A stretch of DNA of 64,000 nucleotides. It comes from Acutalibacteraceae bacterium. Its GTDB lineage: Bacteria; Bacillota; Clostridia; Oscillospirales; Acutalibacteraceae. Each line of letters opens with the position of its first letter. The first letter of the stretch is position 1. The DNA lies in NCBI GenBank assembly GCA_045590895.1, contig JAZNRU010000002.1:1577-65576 (forward strand). The letters are read 5' to 3'. Below, piece by piece: positions 1 to 8,162 of this stretch. The notes under the pieces were generated by a model. That model was not told where the DNA came from and ran no database searches. It worked only from the letters and a program-made list of their open reading frames with translations. The position numbers and the translations under genes were made by a program.

Positions 1-881
1 CGAAGTATCTTACCGCCTACACGGTCAAGTTTGTTGACTTTGACGGCAGCGAGCTTGCAAGTGAAACCGTTTACTACGGTTCTGCAGCAACGGCACCTGC
101 CGATCCTGAAAGAGAAGGCTTCCTGTTCATCGGTTGGGATGCCGAGTACACCAACGTACAGGCAGACGTTACGGTAAATGCTGAATACCACGAAGGCGAA
201 CTGGTCATCCTTACGCAGGCCGATGTGCTCAAGGTTGCCGTCGGAAAGACGAAAGCAATCAACGTAACGATTATTCCCGCCGAGGCTGATGTTGAACTCG
301 TCTGGACGATCGGCGACAGTGCAATTGCCACCGTCGATGAAAACGGCGTTGTCAAGGGCATCAAGAACGGTGCTACCACTGCTACCGTCAGTGCACTCAA
401 CGGCAAGATCAGCAAGACCGTGGCCGTATACGTATACGATGCAAACAAGGAATACACCGTACAGCTTGCGAAATCCCCGTACGGCAGTTTCGTAGTCGGT
501 GATTACTACTTCAATGAAACCGCATACATCAAGGTCAAGGCCGGTGAAGAATTCAAGTTCCAATTCGCTCTCAACGGCAATTACGATCCGAATGACTTTG
601 TTATCACGGTCAACGGTCTGGAACTGTCCGTAGGCGAAGATAACTACTTCACCATTCCCTGCATGACGGATGCCGTAACCATTCTCGTCGTTCCCGCACC
701 CGGCATCACTCCGGATGATCCCGACAGTGACAACAGCGGTTCGAACACCACCGCACATTCCTGCTGGTGCCATTCTTCCAATAAACTGTTGCAGTTCATC
801 TGGAAGATCTGGATGTTCATTGCCAAACTCTTCGGTATGGAACAGTATCACTACTGCGGATGCGGAAAAGCACACTGGTAA
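1..881 (+). CDS. Secreted/cell-surface protein, C-terminal part (5' end outside window): Flg_new (Listeria-Bacteroides) repeat + Big_2 Ig-like domain + Cys/His-flanked amphipathic tail
   Basis: Frame 3 is open from nt 3 with no stop. Nt 3-170 translate to YTVKFVDFDGSELASETVYYGSAATAPADPEREGFLFIGWDAEY...VTVNAEY, a Flg_new repeat signature. VAVGKTKAINVTIIPAEA..VWTIGDSAIATVDENGVVKGIKNGATTATV is Big_2-like. The TAA stop at 879-881 is followed by a terminator. Confidence 0.7.
   Translation, partial: KYLTAYTVKFVDFDGSELASETVYYGSAATAPADPEREGFLFIGWDAEYTNVQADVTVNAEYHEGELVILTQADVLKVAVGKTKAINVTIIPAEADVELVWTIGDSAIATVDENGVVKGIKNGATTATVSALNGKISKTVAVYVYDANKEYTVQLAKSPYGSFVVGDYYFNETAYIKVKAGEEFKFQFALNGNYDPNDFVITVNGLELSVGEDNYFTIPCMTDAVTILVVPAPGITPDDPDSDNSGSNTTAHSCWCHSSNKLLQFIWKIWMFIAKLFGMEQYHYCGCGKAHW
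702..881 (+). other. C-terminal 'PDDP linker + K/F/I amphipathic helix' module flanked by CxCH / CxC..H
   Basis: GITPDDPDSDNSGSNTTAHSCWCHSSNKLLQFIWKIWMFIAKLFGMEQYHYCGCGKAHW*. Confidence 0.5.
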
Positions 882-909
882 CGTGAACAACACGGCATAA
901 CCCCTCTTT

Positions 910-942
910 CTCCCCGATTCCTCGGAGTCGGGGAGTTTTTTC
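910..942 (+). terminator. Rho-independent terminator
   Basis: Stem CTCCCCGA (910-917) pairs with TCGGGGAG (928-935), followed by a T6 run at 936-941. Confidence 0.8.
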
Positions 943-974
943 TGCCGATTTTTCCGATTCTGTGAAAAAACGGG

Positions 975-1003
975 TTGTTTTAGAAAAAAGAATATGGTAT
1001 AAT
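975..1003 (+). promoter_or_regulatory. Sigma-A type promoter (extended -10)
   Basis: -35 TTGTTT (975-980), 17-nt spacer, TGgTATAAT with -10 at 998-1003. It lies about 30 nt upstream of the RBS of the 1036 gene. Confidence 0.55.
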
Positions 1004-1035
1004 ACTATCCAATAACAAGACAGGAGGAGATACCC

Positions 1036-2583
1036 ATGTCTGACAATACTGCACAGCAGGTTTCCGTACAGGAAATGCAGGCATCCGCATACAGCGACCG
1101 CCGTTGTATCACCCGAAAAGAAACCATCGGTTATATGCTGTATTCCGCATCGCTGAATTTCAACCTGAACGGACAAAAAGAACTCTACCGTGACAGTGTG
1201 TTGAAAATCAGTTTCAACAAGCAATCCATTTACAATTCCATCGGTGGCCTTTGGGACTGTGTCAACGACATTCTCATCGGACAGATGGTGGACAAGACCC
1301 GTACCCGTTGGGGTAAGTTTGTACCCTATATGTTCTTTTCGGGTTTGCCCTATGCCGCTATTTCATCCATTTATTGGCTGTTGCCGATCTTGCTGACCGC
1401 GTCGCAGTTGAATAACTACGACGATATCCCCAAATTTATTGCCTATATGCTTTTTGAAGTGCTCATGGAAACGGTTACTACCCTGCAAACCGTTACGAAG
1501 GACGGTTTTGTGGCAACGGTAACGCCGTATCCCGTGGAACGAACGCGATTGCTGGCAGTTACGGGATATCTGAACGGTTGGTTTTCGGGATTGCCGTCTA
1601 CCATCTGCGAATTCCTGTTTGACTTTATCACCAACGATATCATCAAATCCAGCAAATATACCAGTGCACAGATGATCCAGAGGGCTTACACCATTATGGG
1701 CCCCATTACCGTCTTTGCAGGCGGCGGTGTCGCGTTCTGGTTCTCCACCATTGCAAGGGAGCGTGTGCCGCAGTCGGTTGAAAATCCGCCCGTTCTCAAG
1801 AGCCTGAAAGTGGTCGTATCCAACCGCCCCGTTCTTATTTACATCATTTCCGAAGCACTTGCATCTTTCGGAACCGGTATTTCCACCAACAACTATTACC
1901 GTTGGGTTTTGTTCTGGTCCACCATGGAAACCATTTGCGGCATTCCCTCGGCATTCGTGCAACCCATCGGTTTTGCCAAGATCGGTAAATTGAGAAAACG
2001 TTTTTCCACCAAGAGCATCTACATGGTCAGCACGGCCTTTGCAAAGGCAATGTACATACCTGTGTTCCTGTACGGTCTTATCAAGGGCAAAGACGGCAAG
2101 CCGTTCTATACAAACCGCAACGCAATGATCCTTCCGACCATGCTTTGGGAGATCGGCTACGCTTTGTTTGCGGGTCCCAAGATGGTTACCGCACAGGAAA
2201 TGCAGAACGAATGCATGGACTATATCGAATGGAAAAACGGTTTCCGCAACGAAGCCACCATCACCATTGCAAAATCGGTGCTTAAAAAGGTGCCCAACCA
2301 GATCAATGAAATTCTCAAGCCGCAGATCAAAAAGTGGATCAAATTTGAGCCTGAACGCTACAACAACAAGCAGGCACAGGAGCAGAATACACAGCTTTGG
2401 ATCTTCGCCATGGCAACCATTTTCCCCGCAGTTATTATTATGATCAGTATGATCCCCATGTTCTGGTACAATCTCGACAAGGAAACCAGAGAGCGTATGT
2501 ATTATGACCTTATCAAACGTCGTGCCGAACAGGCTGAAACCGTAAAAACGGAAGCTGATGCCGAAACGCAGGGCAATACATAA
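1036..2583 (+). CDS. GPH-family (glycoside-pentoside-hexuronide):cation symporter, MFS superfamily
   Basis: RBS AGGAGGAG lies 6 nt upstream of the ATG. The protein is multi-TM hydrophobic and carries the GPH signature MVDKTRTRWGKFVPYMF (D-x-T-R-x-R-W-G-K-F-x-P). Confidence 0.8.
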   Translation: MSDNTAQQVSVQEMQASAYSDRRCITRKETIGYMLYSASLNFNLNGQKELYRDSVLKISFNKQSIYNSIGGLWDCVNDILIGQMVDKTRTRWGKFVPYMFFSGLPYAAISSIYWLLPILLTASQLNNYDDIPKFIAYMLFEVLMETVTTLQTVTKDGFVATVTPYPVERTRLLAVTGYLNGWFSGLPSTICEFLFDFITNDIIKSSKYTSAQMIQRAYTIMGPITVFAGGGVAFWFSTIARERVPQSVENPPVLKSLKVVVSNRPVLIYIISEALASFGTGISTNNYYRWVLFWSTMETICGIPSAFVQPIGFAKIGKLRKRFSTKSIYMVSTAFAKAMYIPVFLYGLIKGKDGKPFYTNRNAMILPTMLWEIGYALFAGPKMVTAQEMQNECMDYIEWKNGFRNEATITIAKSVLKKVPNQINEILKPQIKKWIKFEPERYNNKQAQEQNTQLWIFAMATIFPAVIIMISMIPMFWYNLDKETRERMYYDLIKRRAEQAETVKTEADAETQGNT

Positions 2584-2599
2584 CAGATAAACAAAAGAA

Positions 2600-2632
2600 C
2601 CGTCAGAAAGTGAAATTTCTGACGGTTTTTCT
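2600..2632 (+). terminator. Rho-independent terminator
   Basis: CCGTCAGAAA (2600-2609) pairs with TTTCTGACGG (2616-2625), followed by T5. Confidence 0.8.
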
Positions 2633-2670
2633 GTTTATTGTCTGTTTTGTGCAATATGAATATAATTTTC

Positions 2671-2699
2671 TTGACTAAAAGAGAAAAATAGGTTATATT
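2671..2699 (+). promoter_or_regulatory. Sigma-A type promoter
   Basis: -35 TTGACT (2671-2676), 17-nt spacer, -10 TATATT (2694-2699). Confidence 0.55.
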
Positions 2700-2745
2700 T
2701 ATAGATAGGGTGTGATTATTCAAGAATAAAAGGGGAGGAATATCT

Positions 2746-4269
2746 GTGAGCAACGAAAACAATACAAATACAGTTGTTGCCGAGGAAGGCGAACAGTTGA
2801 TGCACGGTGCGAAAACGGACCGTATTTACTGTTCAAATGCGGAACGCATCGTCTATACGGTTAAAAACAGCGTTTCCGGTATGAGTCTGGGTAATTTTTC
2901 AATGGGCTCGGACATTTATCTTTATCAGATCTTCGGTCTGAAACCGTTGGCACTGGCAAAGGCGAAGTTCGGACTTACCTTGTACGACATGATAAACGAT
3001 CCGCTGTCGGCGGTCATCGTTGACAGAATGCGTACACGTTGGGGTAAATTCAAACCCTTCCAGTTCGGAACGATTATACCGAGTACACTGTTGGGAATGT
3101 TCAACTGCTTTATGCCGCTGATTGCTTTGTACTTCGGCATGAATGCACACGAAAAACTGATCATGTATATGGCAAGTGCTTACTTAGGGGAGACCATCGG
3201 TGCATTGTTCAGCGGATCGGGATACATTGATCTTGTCTTTACTCCGAACCCGCAGGAACGAACGAGTTTGCTGACGGCGGCAAAGTTCCTTTCAGACATT
3301 TACGGAAAAATACCAAGTCAGATCGCGACCGTTATTTTCGACCTTGTGGATCATGGGGTTATAAAAATGGATCTTATCAAGGTTTACGTTATTATGAATA
3401 CTGCCGTATGGGCGATCACCACCATACCGAGTTTTATATGGGCGTTTGTCAGTAAGGAACGTGTGCCGCAATCCATTCAACCGCCGAAAGCTTCAGCCAG
3501 TTTGCTGTCGGTCGTCAAAAACAAACCCTTGCTGATCTACACGTTATCGGGTGCGATCGACAATATTCAGGTCGGTACGGCAGAATCGCTGTATTTCCGC
3601 AACGTATTGGGACTTAACTCCTTCGGTACGGTCTGGGGCATTCCCGGTGGTCCGATCTCGTATTACAGTTACATATTGGCACCCAAGTTCAGACAGCGTT
3701 ATTCGACGAAAACTCTGTGGCTGTTGCAACGCTTTTCCATTATCATTTCGGAAGGTGCGTTCTTCCTGGTCGGTCTTGCGGGCGGCATGAAATACAAACT
3801 CTATGAAAAAGTCGGTGTCATGGGCGTTATGTTCATGCTCGGCAACTGCCTTGAAATGGTATTCTACGCTACCAAGAAGATCGTCGGTACGGAGATCAGT
3901 TACGAAGTGCAGGACTACTGCGAATGGAAAAACGGTTTCCGCGTGGAAGCCACCACGGGCTTGCTTACGAACTATTGGGGCAAAGTGCAGGGGTATCTGC
4001 TAAACCTCATCAACGCATGGATCCTTGAAAAATGGACGGGATTTGAGTCCGGTGCATTGGCTGTACAGAGCGAAAAAACAAAGTACCGTCTGTTTATCAT
4101 GGCATACGGCCCGCGTCTGATTCCCGATATTCTGTGTACCATTCCGATGTTCTTCTATAACATCGATACGAGAACGAGAGAAGTCATGTATCGTGAATTG
4201 CAGGAAATGCGTATGCAAAAGGCGGCTGACATTGCCGCTGCCGCCAACGCAGGTGAACAGAATTCATAA
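2746..4269 (+). CDS. GPH-family sugar:cation symporter (paralog of the upstream gene)
   Basis: GTG start preceded by AAAGGGGAGGAA. Signature IVDRMRTRWGKFKPFQFG. Same length and TM layout as 1036-2583, with a shared ...EWKNGFR.EAT... block. Confidence 0.8.
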   Translation: MSNENNTNTVVAEEGEQLMHGAKTDRIYCSNAERIVYTVKNSVSGMSLGNFSMGSDIYLYQIFGLKPLALAKAKFGLTLYDMINDPLSAVIVDRMRTRWGKFKPFQFGTIIPSTLLGMFNCFMPLIALYFGMNAHEKLIMYMASAYLGETIGALFSGSGYIDLVFTPNPQERTSLLTAAKFLSDIYGKIPSQIATVIFDLVDHGVIKMDLIKVYVIMNTAVWAITTIPSFIWAFVSKERVPQSIQPPKASASLLSVVKNKPLLIYTLSGAIDNIQVGTAESLYFRNVLGLNSFGTVWGIPGGPISYYSYILAPKFRQRYSTKTLWLLQRFSIIISEGAFFLVGLAGGMKYKLYEKVGVMGVMFMLGNCLEMVFYATKKIVGTEISYEVQDYCEWKNGFRVEATTGLLTNYWGKVQGYLLNLINAWILEKWTGFESGALAVQSEKTKYRLFIMAYGPRLIPDILCTIPMFFYNIDTRTREVMYRELQEMRMQKAADIAAAANAGEQNS

Positions 4270-4286
4270 CGCAGTTTTCAAAACAG

Positions 4287-4325
4287 AAAACCGACTGAAG
4301 CAAAACGTTTCAGTCGGTTTTTTTG
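4287..4325. terminator. Bidirectional rho-independent terminator between convergent genes
   Basis: AAAACCGACTGAA pairs with TTCAGTCGGTTTT (core arms 4291-4299 and 4309-4317). The hairpin is flanked by an A-run and a T-run. Confidence 0.8.
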
Positions 4326-4333
4326 AAATCTGA

Positions 4334-5095
4334 TTATTCAAGATAAAATGATTGCCAGCACTCTTTTCTTTCAGGTGTGATGCAATACTCTTGCAGAAGA
4401 AAATCGTCTAAATTGCGGTAATTTTGCAAAGCGGCGGTGTATGCCGCATTGAACTGATGCTCGTCAACGGTTTCGCAGAAGGCAATGACCTCGCGAAGCC
4501 GTTTTTCTTTGCCCAACAGCCGCAGAAGAAACTGCGTTTTGCGGTTGTGGGCTTTGATGTATTCGTTGCTCAGCAGATACTGTTCCATGATCTGTTCACG
4601 CGAACGCCCCAGACAGTATTCGATCACAGCCGCCGCCATGCCCGTTCTGTCTTTGCCTTCCGAGCAGTGGAAAAGGATCGTTTCACCCTTGTCCATGCAG
4701 GAAAACAGGTGTTCCCACGTCTGTTTTGCAAACGGCATCAGCGTATATACGGTGTATTTCTGACGCCGCATTTCTTCGATACCGTCGCCTTTGAGGGCCA
4801 GCACACGCTTTGTGTGGTCACCCGAAACGGTCACAAGATCATACGGACCGTCAGCAAATACGGGCAGATGTACACGGGTACTGCCTTTGGGAACGTAATC
4901 GGGTTTGTCTGCAACTTCGCTTACACAGCGAAAATCGATCACGGTGTCGATGTGCAGATCGTCAAGCATCTTTTTTCCTTTATCGGATAAATCAAACAGG
5001 GAAGCCGATCGGATCAGTTTTCCGTGTCGGACGGTTTTGTTGTCGGGACAGGGAAGTCCTCCCATATCGCGGTAGTTGTTCGGATAGTCTTTCAT
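4334..5095 (-). CDS. Protein-tyrosine/dual-specificity phosphatase family protein (Y_phosphatase3-like)
   Basis: CX5R P-loop HCSEGKDRTGMAAA. The length and the N-terminal 'NYRDMGG' motif are typical of the family. Confidence 0.7.
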   Translation of the reverse strand: MKDYPNNYRDMGGLPCPDNKTVRHGKLIRSASLFDLSDKGKKMLDDLHIDTVIDFRCVSEVADKPDYVPKGSTRVHLPVFADGPYDLVTVSGDHTKRVLALKGDGIEEMRRQKYTVYTLMPFAKQTWEHLFSCMDKGETILFHCSEGKDRTGMAAAVIEYCLGRSREQIMEQYLLSNEYIKAHNRKTQFLLRLLGKEKRLREVIAFCETVDEHQFNAAYTAALQNYRNLDDFLLQEYCITPERKECWQSFYLE

Positions 5096-5194
5096 GTGAG
5101 ATCCTTTTGTTTTTTTTTGTTATTATACGCCTGCTCTTGTGAGAAGTCAATCGGTTTCATCTTGCGGTTTACAATTCTCCGCATTCCGAAAAGA

Positions 5195-5232
5195 CAAAAA
5201 AATCTCCTGCAAACCGTTTGCTTGCAGGAGAT
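5195..5232 (-). terminator. Rho-independent terminator of the SPFH/TPM operon
   Basis: ATCTCCTGCAA (5202-5212) pairs with TTGCAGGAGAT (5222-5232). There is a T7 run on the minus strand (plus-strand A-run at 5196-5202). Confidence 0.8.
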
Positions 5233-5239
5233 AAGGGGA

Positions 5240-6025
5240 TCAGAATTTTTTGGAAGTGCCGCCGTGGGTTGCACCCGACGATGACGTTCTTCCGCCGGAA
5301 CTCGAGGATGATGCCTGTTGTTTTGCCGTTTTGGTGACGTTTTTATAAAGGAAACGGTCACTGCTGCCGGTGAGCATCAGGCTGTTTTCCTGTATATAAA
5401 AACGGGCGTTTTTCTGCGGTTTTACCGATTTTAAGGAGGCGGTCTGTATTTTCAGGATGATGAATGCCGCCGCAAAACCGATCAGCAGACACAACGGGAT
5501 GTAGTACAGCGGCAAAGTTTTGGTTTTGCCGATCTGTGCACATTCTTCCTTTGAAAATTCCACGAAACTGTCGAAAGCGGAAACGTAGTTTTCATCGATC
5601 AGATCGGGAATGAGGGTGTCGAGCATGGCATCGGAGTCCGCATCGCTTACGCACTCGTAAAGCGATCCTCTCGTGGAAAGGGCAATGTCGCGTTCACCCT
5701 GCGGACCGGGCAAATACAGCAAAAGCATACCGCTTCTCTCGTCACCCTGTCCGTAGCCCATGTAATCAAAATAATCATCGGCATATTCCAACGAAGTTTT
5801 GCCGTTCAGAGAGGGTACGGTCAGCACAACGAGATCCACTGCGTATTGCGTGCCGATCGTATACAGTTGAACGCTCAGTTCGTATTCTTCATCGGCAGAG
5901 AGCAGATCGGCGTTGTCGACCACCAACGGCAGCCCGTTGTTCGTTGTCTGCACGGCAAATGCACTGACGGCAAACGTGCACAGAAGAAGAATGCAAAGAA
6001 GTACGGATAAAAGTTTTCTTTTCAT
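5240..6025 (-). CDS. TPM-domain membrane protein (YgcG/YdjH-like)
   Basis: I place the start at ATG 6025, preceded by GGAGGTGGA. Signal peptide MKRKLLSVLLCILLLCTFAVSAFA; TPM-like block VVDNADLLSADEE...VDLVVLTV..L; a TM helix; and a Ser/Gly-rich tail. The ORF-track start at 6148 would overlap the upstream gene. Confidence 0.7.
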   Translation of the reverse strand: MKRKLLSVLLCILLLCTFAVSAFAVQTTNNGLPLVVDNADLLSADEEYELSVQLYTIGTQYAVDLVVLTVPSLNGKTSLEYADDYFDYMGYGQGDERSGMLLLYLPGPQGERDIALSTRGSLYECVSDADSDAMLDTLIPDLIDENYVSAFDSFVEFSKEECAQIGKTKTLPLYYIPLCLLIGFAAAFIILKIQTASLKSVKPQKNARFYIQENSLMLTGSSDRFLYKNVTKTAKQQASSSSSGGRTSSSGATHGGTSKKF

Positions 6026-6041
6026 GTTCACATCCACCTCC

Positions 6042-7133
6042 TTACAGCATCTGCCAGATCCACATGCCGGCATAGGCGATGGCACCGATGATGGGTGTGA
6101 GCAAGGCAATGCGTTTCCATACGGCGGCTTTGTCCACGGGCAGATCACCGACGAATTTGCCTGTCTGTCCGTTCATACAGAACGTGTATTTCTGATTGTT
6201 CCAAGAGGTATTGAGGATCCACACGGGATACAGGGCGTATTTATAGCCGCCGTTTGCGATCTGCATATTTGCGTGTTCGGGTGTCACGGAATTGTAACCG
6301 CTGACGGTAGCACGCAGTTCATCCACGCAACTGGCTTTGATGCGTTCGTTGGCGCGGTCCTTACTCTGTTCAGCGGTGACGTCATATTTGTCCGCCAGAA
6401 AACCTTGCAGATAGGCGGTCTGAAAATCAACCGCCTGCGAAAGATCAAACGGCTCAACGGATTCCATCAGCGTATCGTCCATCTTTGTGGAACCGTCCAC
6501 GGGAACATTCTCAAAAGCAAGATTTCCGCTTCTGAATACGTTGAAAAAGGACGTTTCCGTGTAGTTGTATTTGCTGTCGCTCCACATACGGGTACGGGTG
6601 GCTTTGAAATTGGCAGTTGCAACGGCGTTGCCCGAAAACAGCCAATTCGGTACGTATACGCCTTTGATCTCGTCAATGTGGTTTTCATCTTTGAAAACGG
6701 AGGGAACGAACTTTTTGCTTGCAATGTGCTTCTTGAGTGCTTCTTTGGCGGCTTTCTTGTCATACTTGAAAGGAATCACAAGATGCGGACGCAATGCACC
6801 TTCAAACTGACCTTTCAACACGACAGGGCTGTTGCAATACGGACAGGAAGTAGCACCCGTGGTATCGTCGGCTACGATCTCGCCTGCACATGAATTGCAG
6901 ACATAAACGTTTATACCTTTTGTTTCATCGGATGCCCAATCCACTTTTTCGGCTTCCCACGTGATCGTATCGGGTGTTGCCTGTGCATCTTCCGCTTCGG
7001 TCTGTTGCATGGCTTCAATGTCAAATTCAGAGTCGCAGTAGGGGCACTTTAATTTCTGTGAGGCGGTATCAAAGTTGATATTTCCGCCGCAACAAGGGCA
7101 TTTTTGCTGTTGTAATACGGACAATGTTCTCAC
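6042..7133 (-). CDS. Double zinc-ribbon membrane protein (YdjG/TFIIB-type Zn-ribbon-like)
   Basis: CPCCG-x17-CPYC and CNSC-x15-CPYC ribbons, plus a C-terminal TM helix IALLTPIIGAIAYAGMWIW. Only 16 nt separate it from the TPM gene. Confidence 0.6.
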   Translation of the reverse strand: MRTLSVLQQQKCPCCGGNINFDTASQKLKCPYCDSEFDIEAMQQTEAEDAQATPDTITWEAEKVDWASDETKGINVYVCNSCAGEIVADDTTGATSCPYCNSPVVLKGQFEGALRPHLVIPFKYDKKAAKEALKKHIASKKFVPSVFKDENHIDEIKGVYVPNWLFSGNAVATANFKATRTRMWSDSKYNYTETSFFNVFRSGNLAFENVPVDGSTKMDDTLMESVEPFDLSQAVDFQTAYLQGFLADKYDVTAEQSKDRANERIKASCVDELRATVSGYNSVTPEHANMQIANGGYKYALYPVWILNTSWNNQKYTFCMNGQTGKFVGDLPVDKAAVWKRIALLTPIIGAIAYAGMWIWQML

Positions 7134-7172
7134 TCCTTGTTGAATGTATTTGTATTGACCGTTTGTTGATTT

Positions 7173-8123
7173 TTAATTGCTTCTCGGGGTTCCGCAAGCC
7201 TGGCAGAATTTGCCGCCTGCATTGTTGGCACCGCAAGCGGGACAAGCCCACGGACCTGCTGTATTTGCCTGCTGTGCGTAAGGTTGCGCCTGCGGCTGGG
7301 CGTAAGGCTGCTGTGCGTAGGGTTGAGCCTGCGGCTGAGCATAGGGCTGCTGTGCGTAGGGTTGTGCCTGCGGTTGCACATAGGGTTGCTGACCGTAGGG
7401 CTGTGCCTGCGGCTGTGCGTAAGGTTGCTGACCGTAGGGTTGTGCGTAGGGTTGCTGTGCATAAGGCTGTTGACCGTAGACTTGTGTCTGCTGTTGTGCA
7501 TAAGGCTGATTCATGCCCATACCTGCCATGCCGACACCCAGTGCGTTCATGATCTCCATTGCCATCTGATTGTAGCGATGGTATTCCATGGAGCCCATGC
7601 CTTCCACGCGGGTGGAGTTGAGTTTGACTGTGAAATCGTCAAAATAGGGATTGTTGACAAGGAAATCAAGAGAAAAGTCATAGTAAAGATTGTAACGCGG
7701 CGGGTTGTAACTGACATTCTCGCCGTTTGCATTCTGTATATACACTTCTTCACGGTCTTCTTCAATGTTCAGTTTGCATGAAGTGATCTGTGCCATCGGA
7801 ATGACGTCGGGGTTTTCATCCGCCCAGTTGCCGGGGTTGCGGGAAGAAACGACAAAGGTGCGGTTCATGGTGTCAATATACACCTTTTTGTATTCGCCCA
7901 ATGTGATTGCGGGATTGAAAGCACGCAATGTTGTCTTGTTGGCTTCGCGGTAGGCAAGGTGCTGTTGCATCAGTGCAATGGTGGAGTGTCTTCTGTCATC
8001 GCAGAACGGAGAGAGTTTTTTTGCACAGTCCTTGCACATATTGCCGTCTTCGAGTTTTCTGTTTCCTAAAAGACCGATTTTATTGCCGCAGATATCACAG
8101 TTTTTCTTATCAAAAAGTCCCAT
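7173..8123 (-). CDS. DUF4428-like protein with Q/P/Y-rich repeat region and C-terminal zinc ribbon
   Basis: The N-terminus MGLFDKKNCDICGNKIGLLGNRKLEDGNMCKDCAKKLSPF matches the DUF4428 zinc-ribbon pattern. The C-terminus is CPACG-x10-CQACG. Confidence 0.6.
   Translation of the reverse strand: MGLFDKKNCDICGNKIGLLGNRKLEDGNMCKDCAKKLSPFCDDRRHSTIALMQQHLAYREANKTTLRAFNPAITLGEYKKVYIDTMNRTFVVSSRNPGNWADENPDVIPMAQITSCKLNIEEDREEVYIQNANGENVSYNPPRYNLYYDFSLDFLVNNPYFDDFTVKLNSTRVEGMGSMEYHRYNQMAMEIMNALGVGMAGMGMNQPYAQQQTQVYGQQPYAQQPYAQPYGQQPYAQPQAQPYGQQPYVQPQAQPYAQQPYAQPQAQPYAQQPYAQPQAQPYAQQANTAGPWACPACGANNAGGKFCQACGTPRSN
7269..7511 (-). repeat. Imperfect 39-bp in-frame tandem repeat encoding (QPYAQPQAQPYAQ)n
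   Basis: About 4-6 units of CTGCTGTGCGTARGGTTGNGCCTGCGGCTGNGCRTARGG are visible on the plus strand. Most differences between units are synonymous or conservative. Confidence 0.85.
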
Positions 8124-8162
8124 GACTGATTCTCCTTTTTATATTAGATAGGGGTGTTTTGG

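Noticed and set aside
1036-4269. Tandem GPH transporter duplication as something unusual
   Set aside because: This is ordinary paralogy. Each copy has its own promoter and terminator, no adjacent glycosidase or regulator defines a novel locus, and the GH38 gene is 11 kb away.
6026-6148. N-terminal 41-aa extension of the TPM ORF in the ORF track
   Set aside because: It would overlap the upstream Zn-ribbon gene by more than 100 nt. The internal ATG at 6025 has a GGAGG RBS and starts a canonical signal peptide.
7269-7511. Regular ~39-bp repeats: possible CRISPR or satellite
   Set aside because: The units are directly abutting with no spacers, in-frame and inside a CDS, and they vary mostly at synonymous sites. 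This is a coding tandem repeat.
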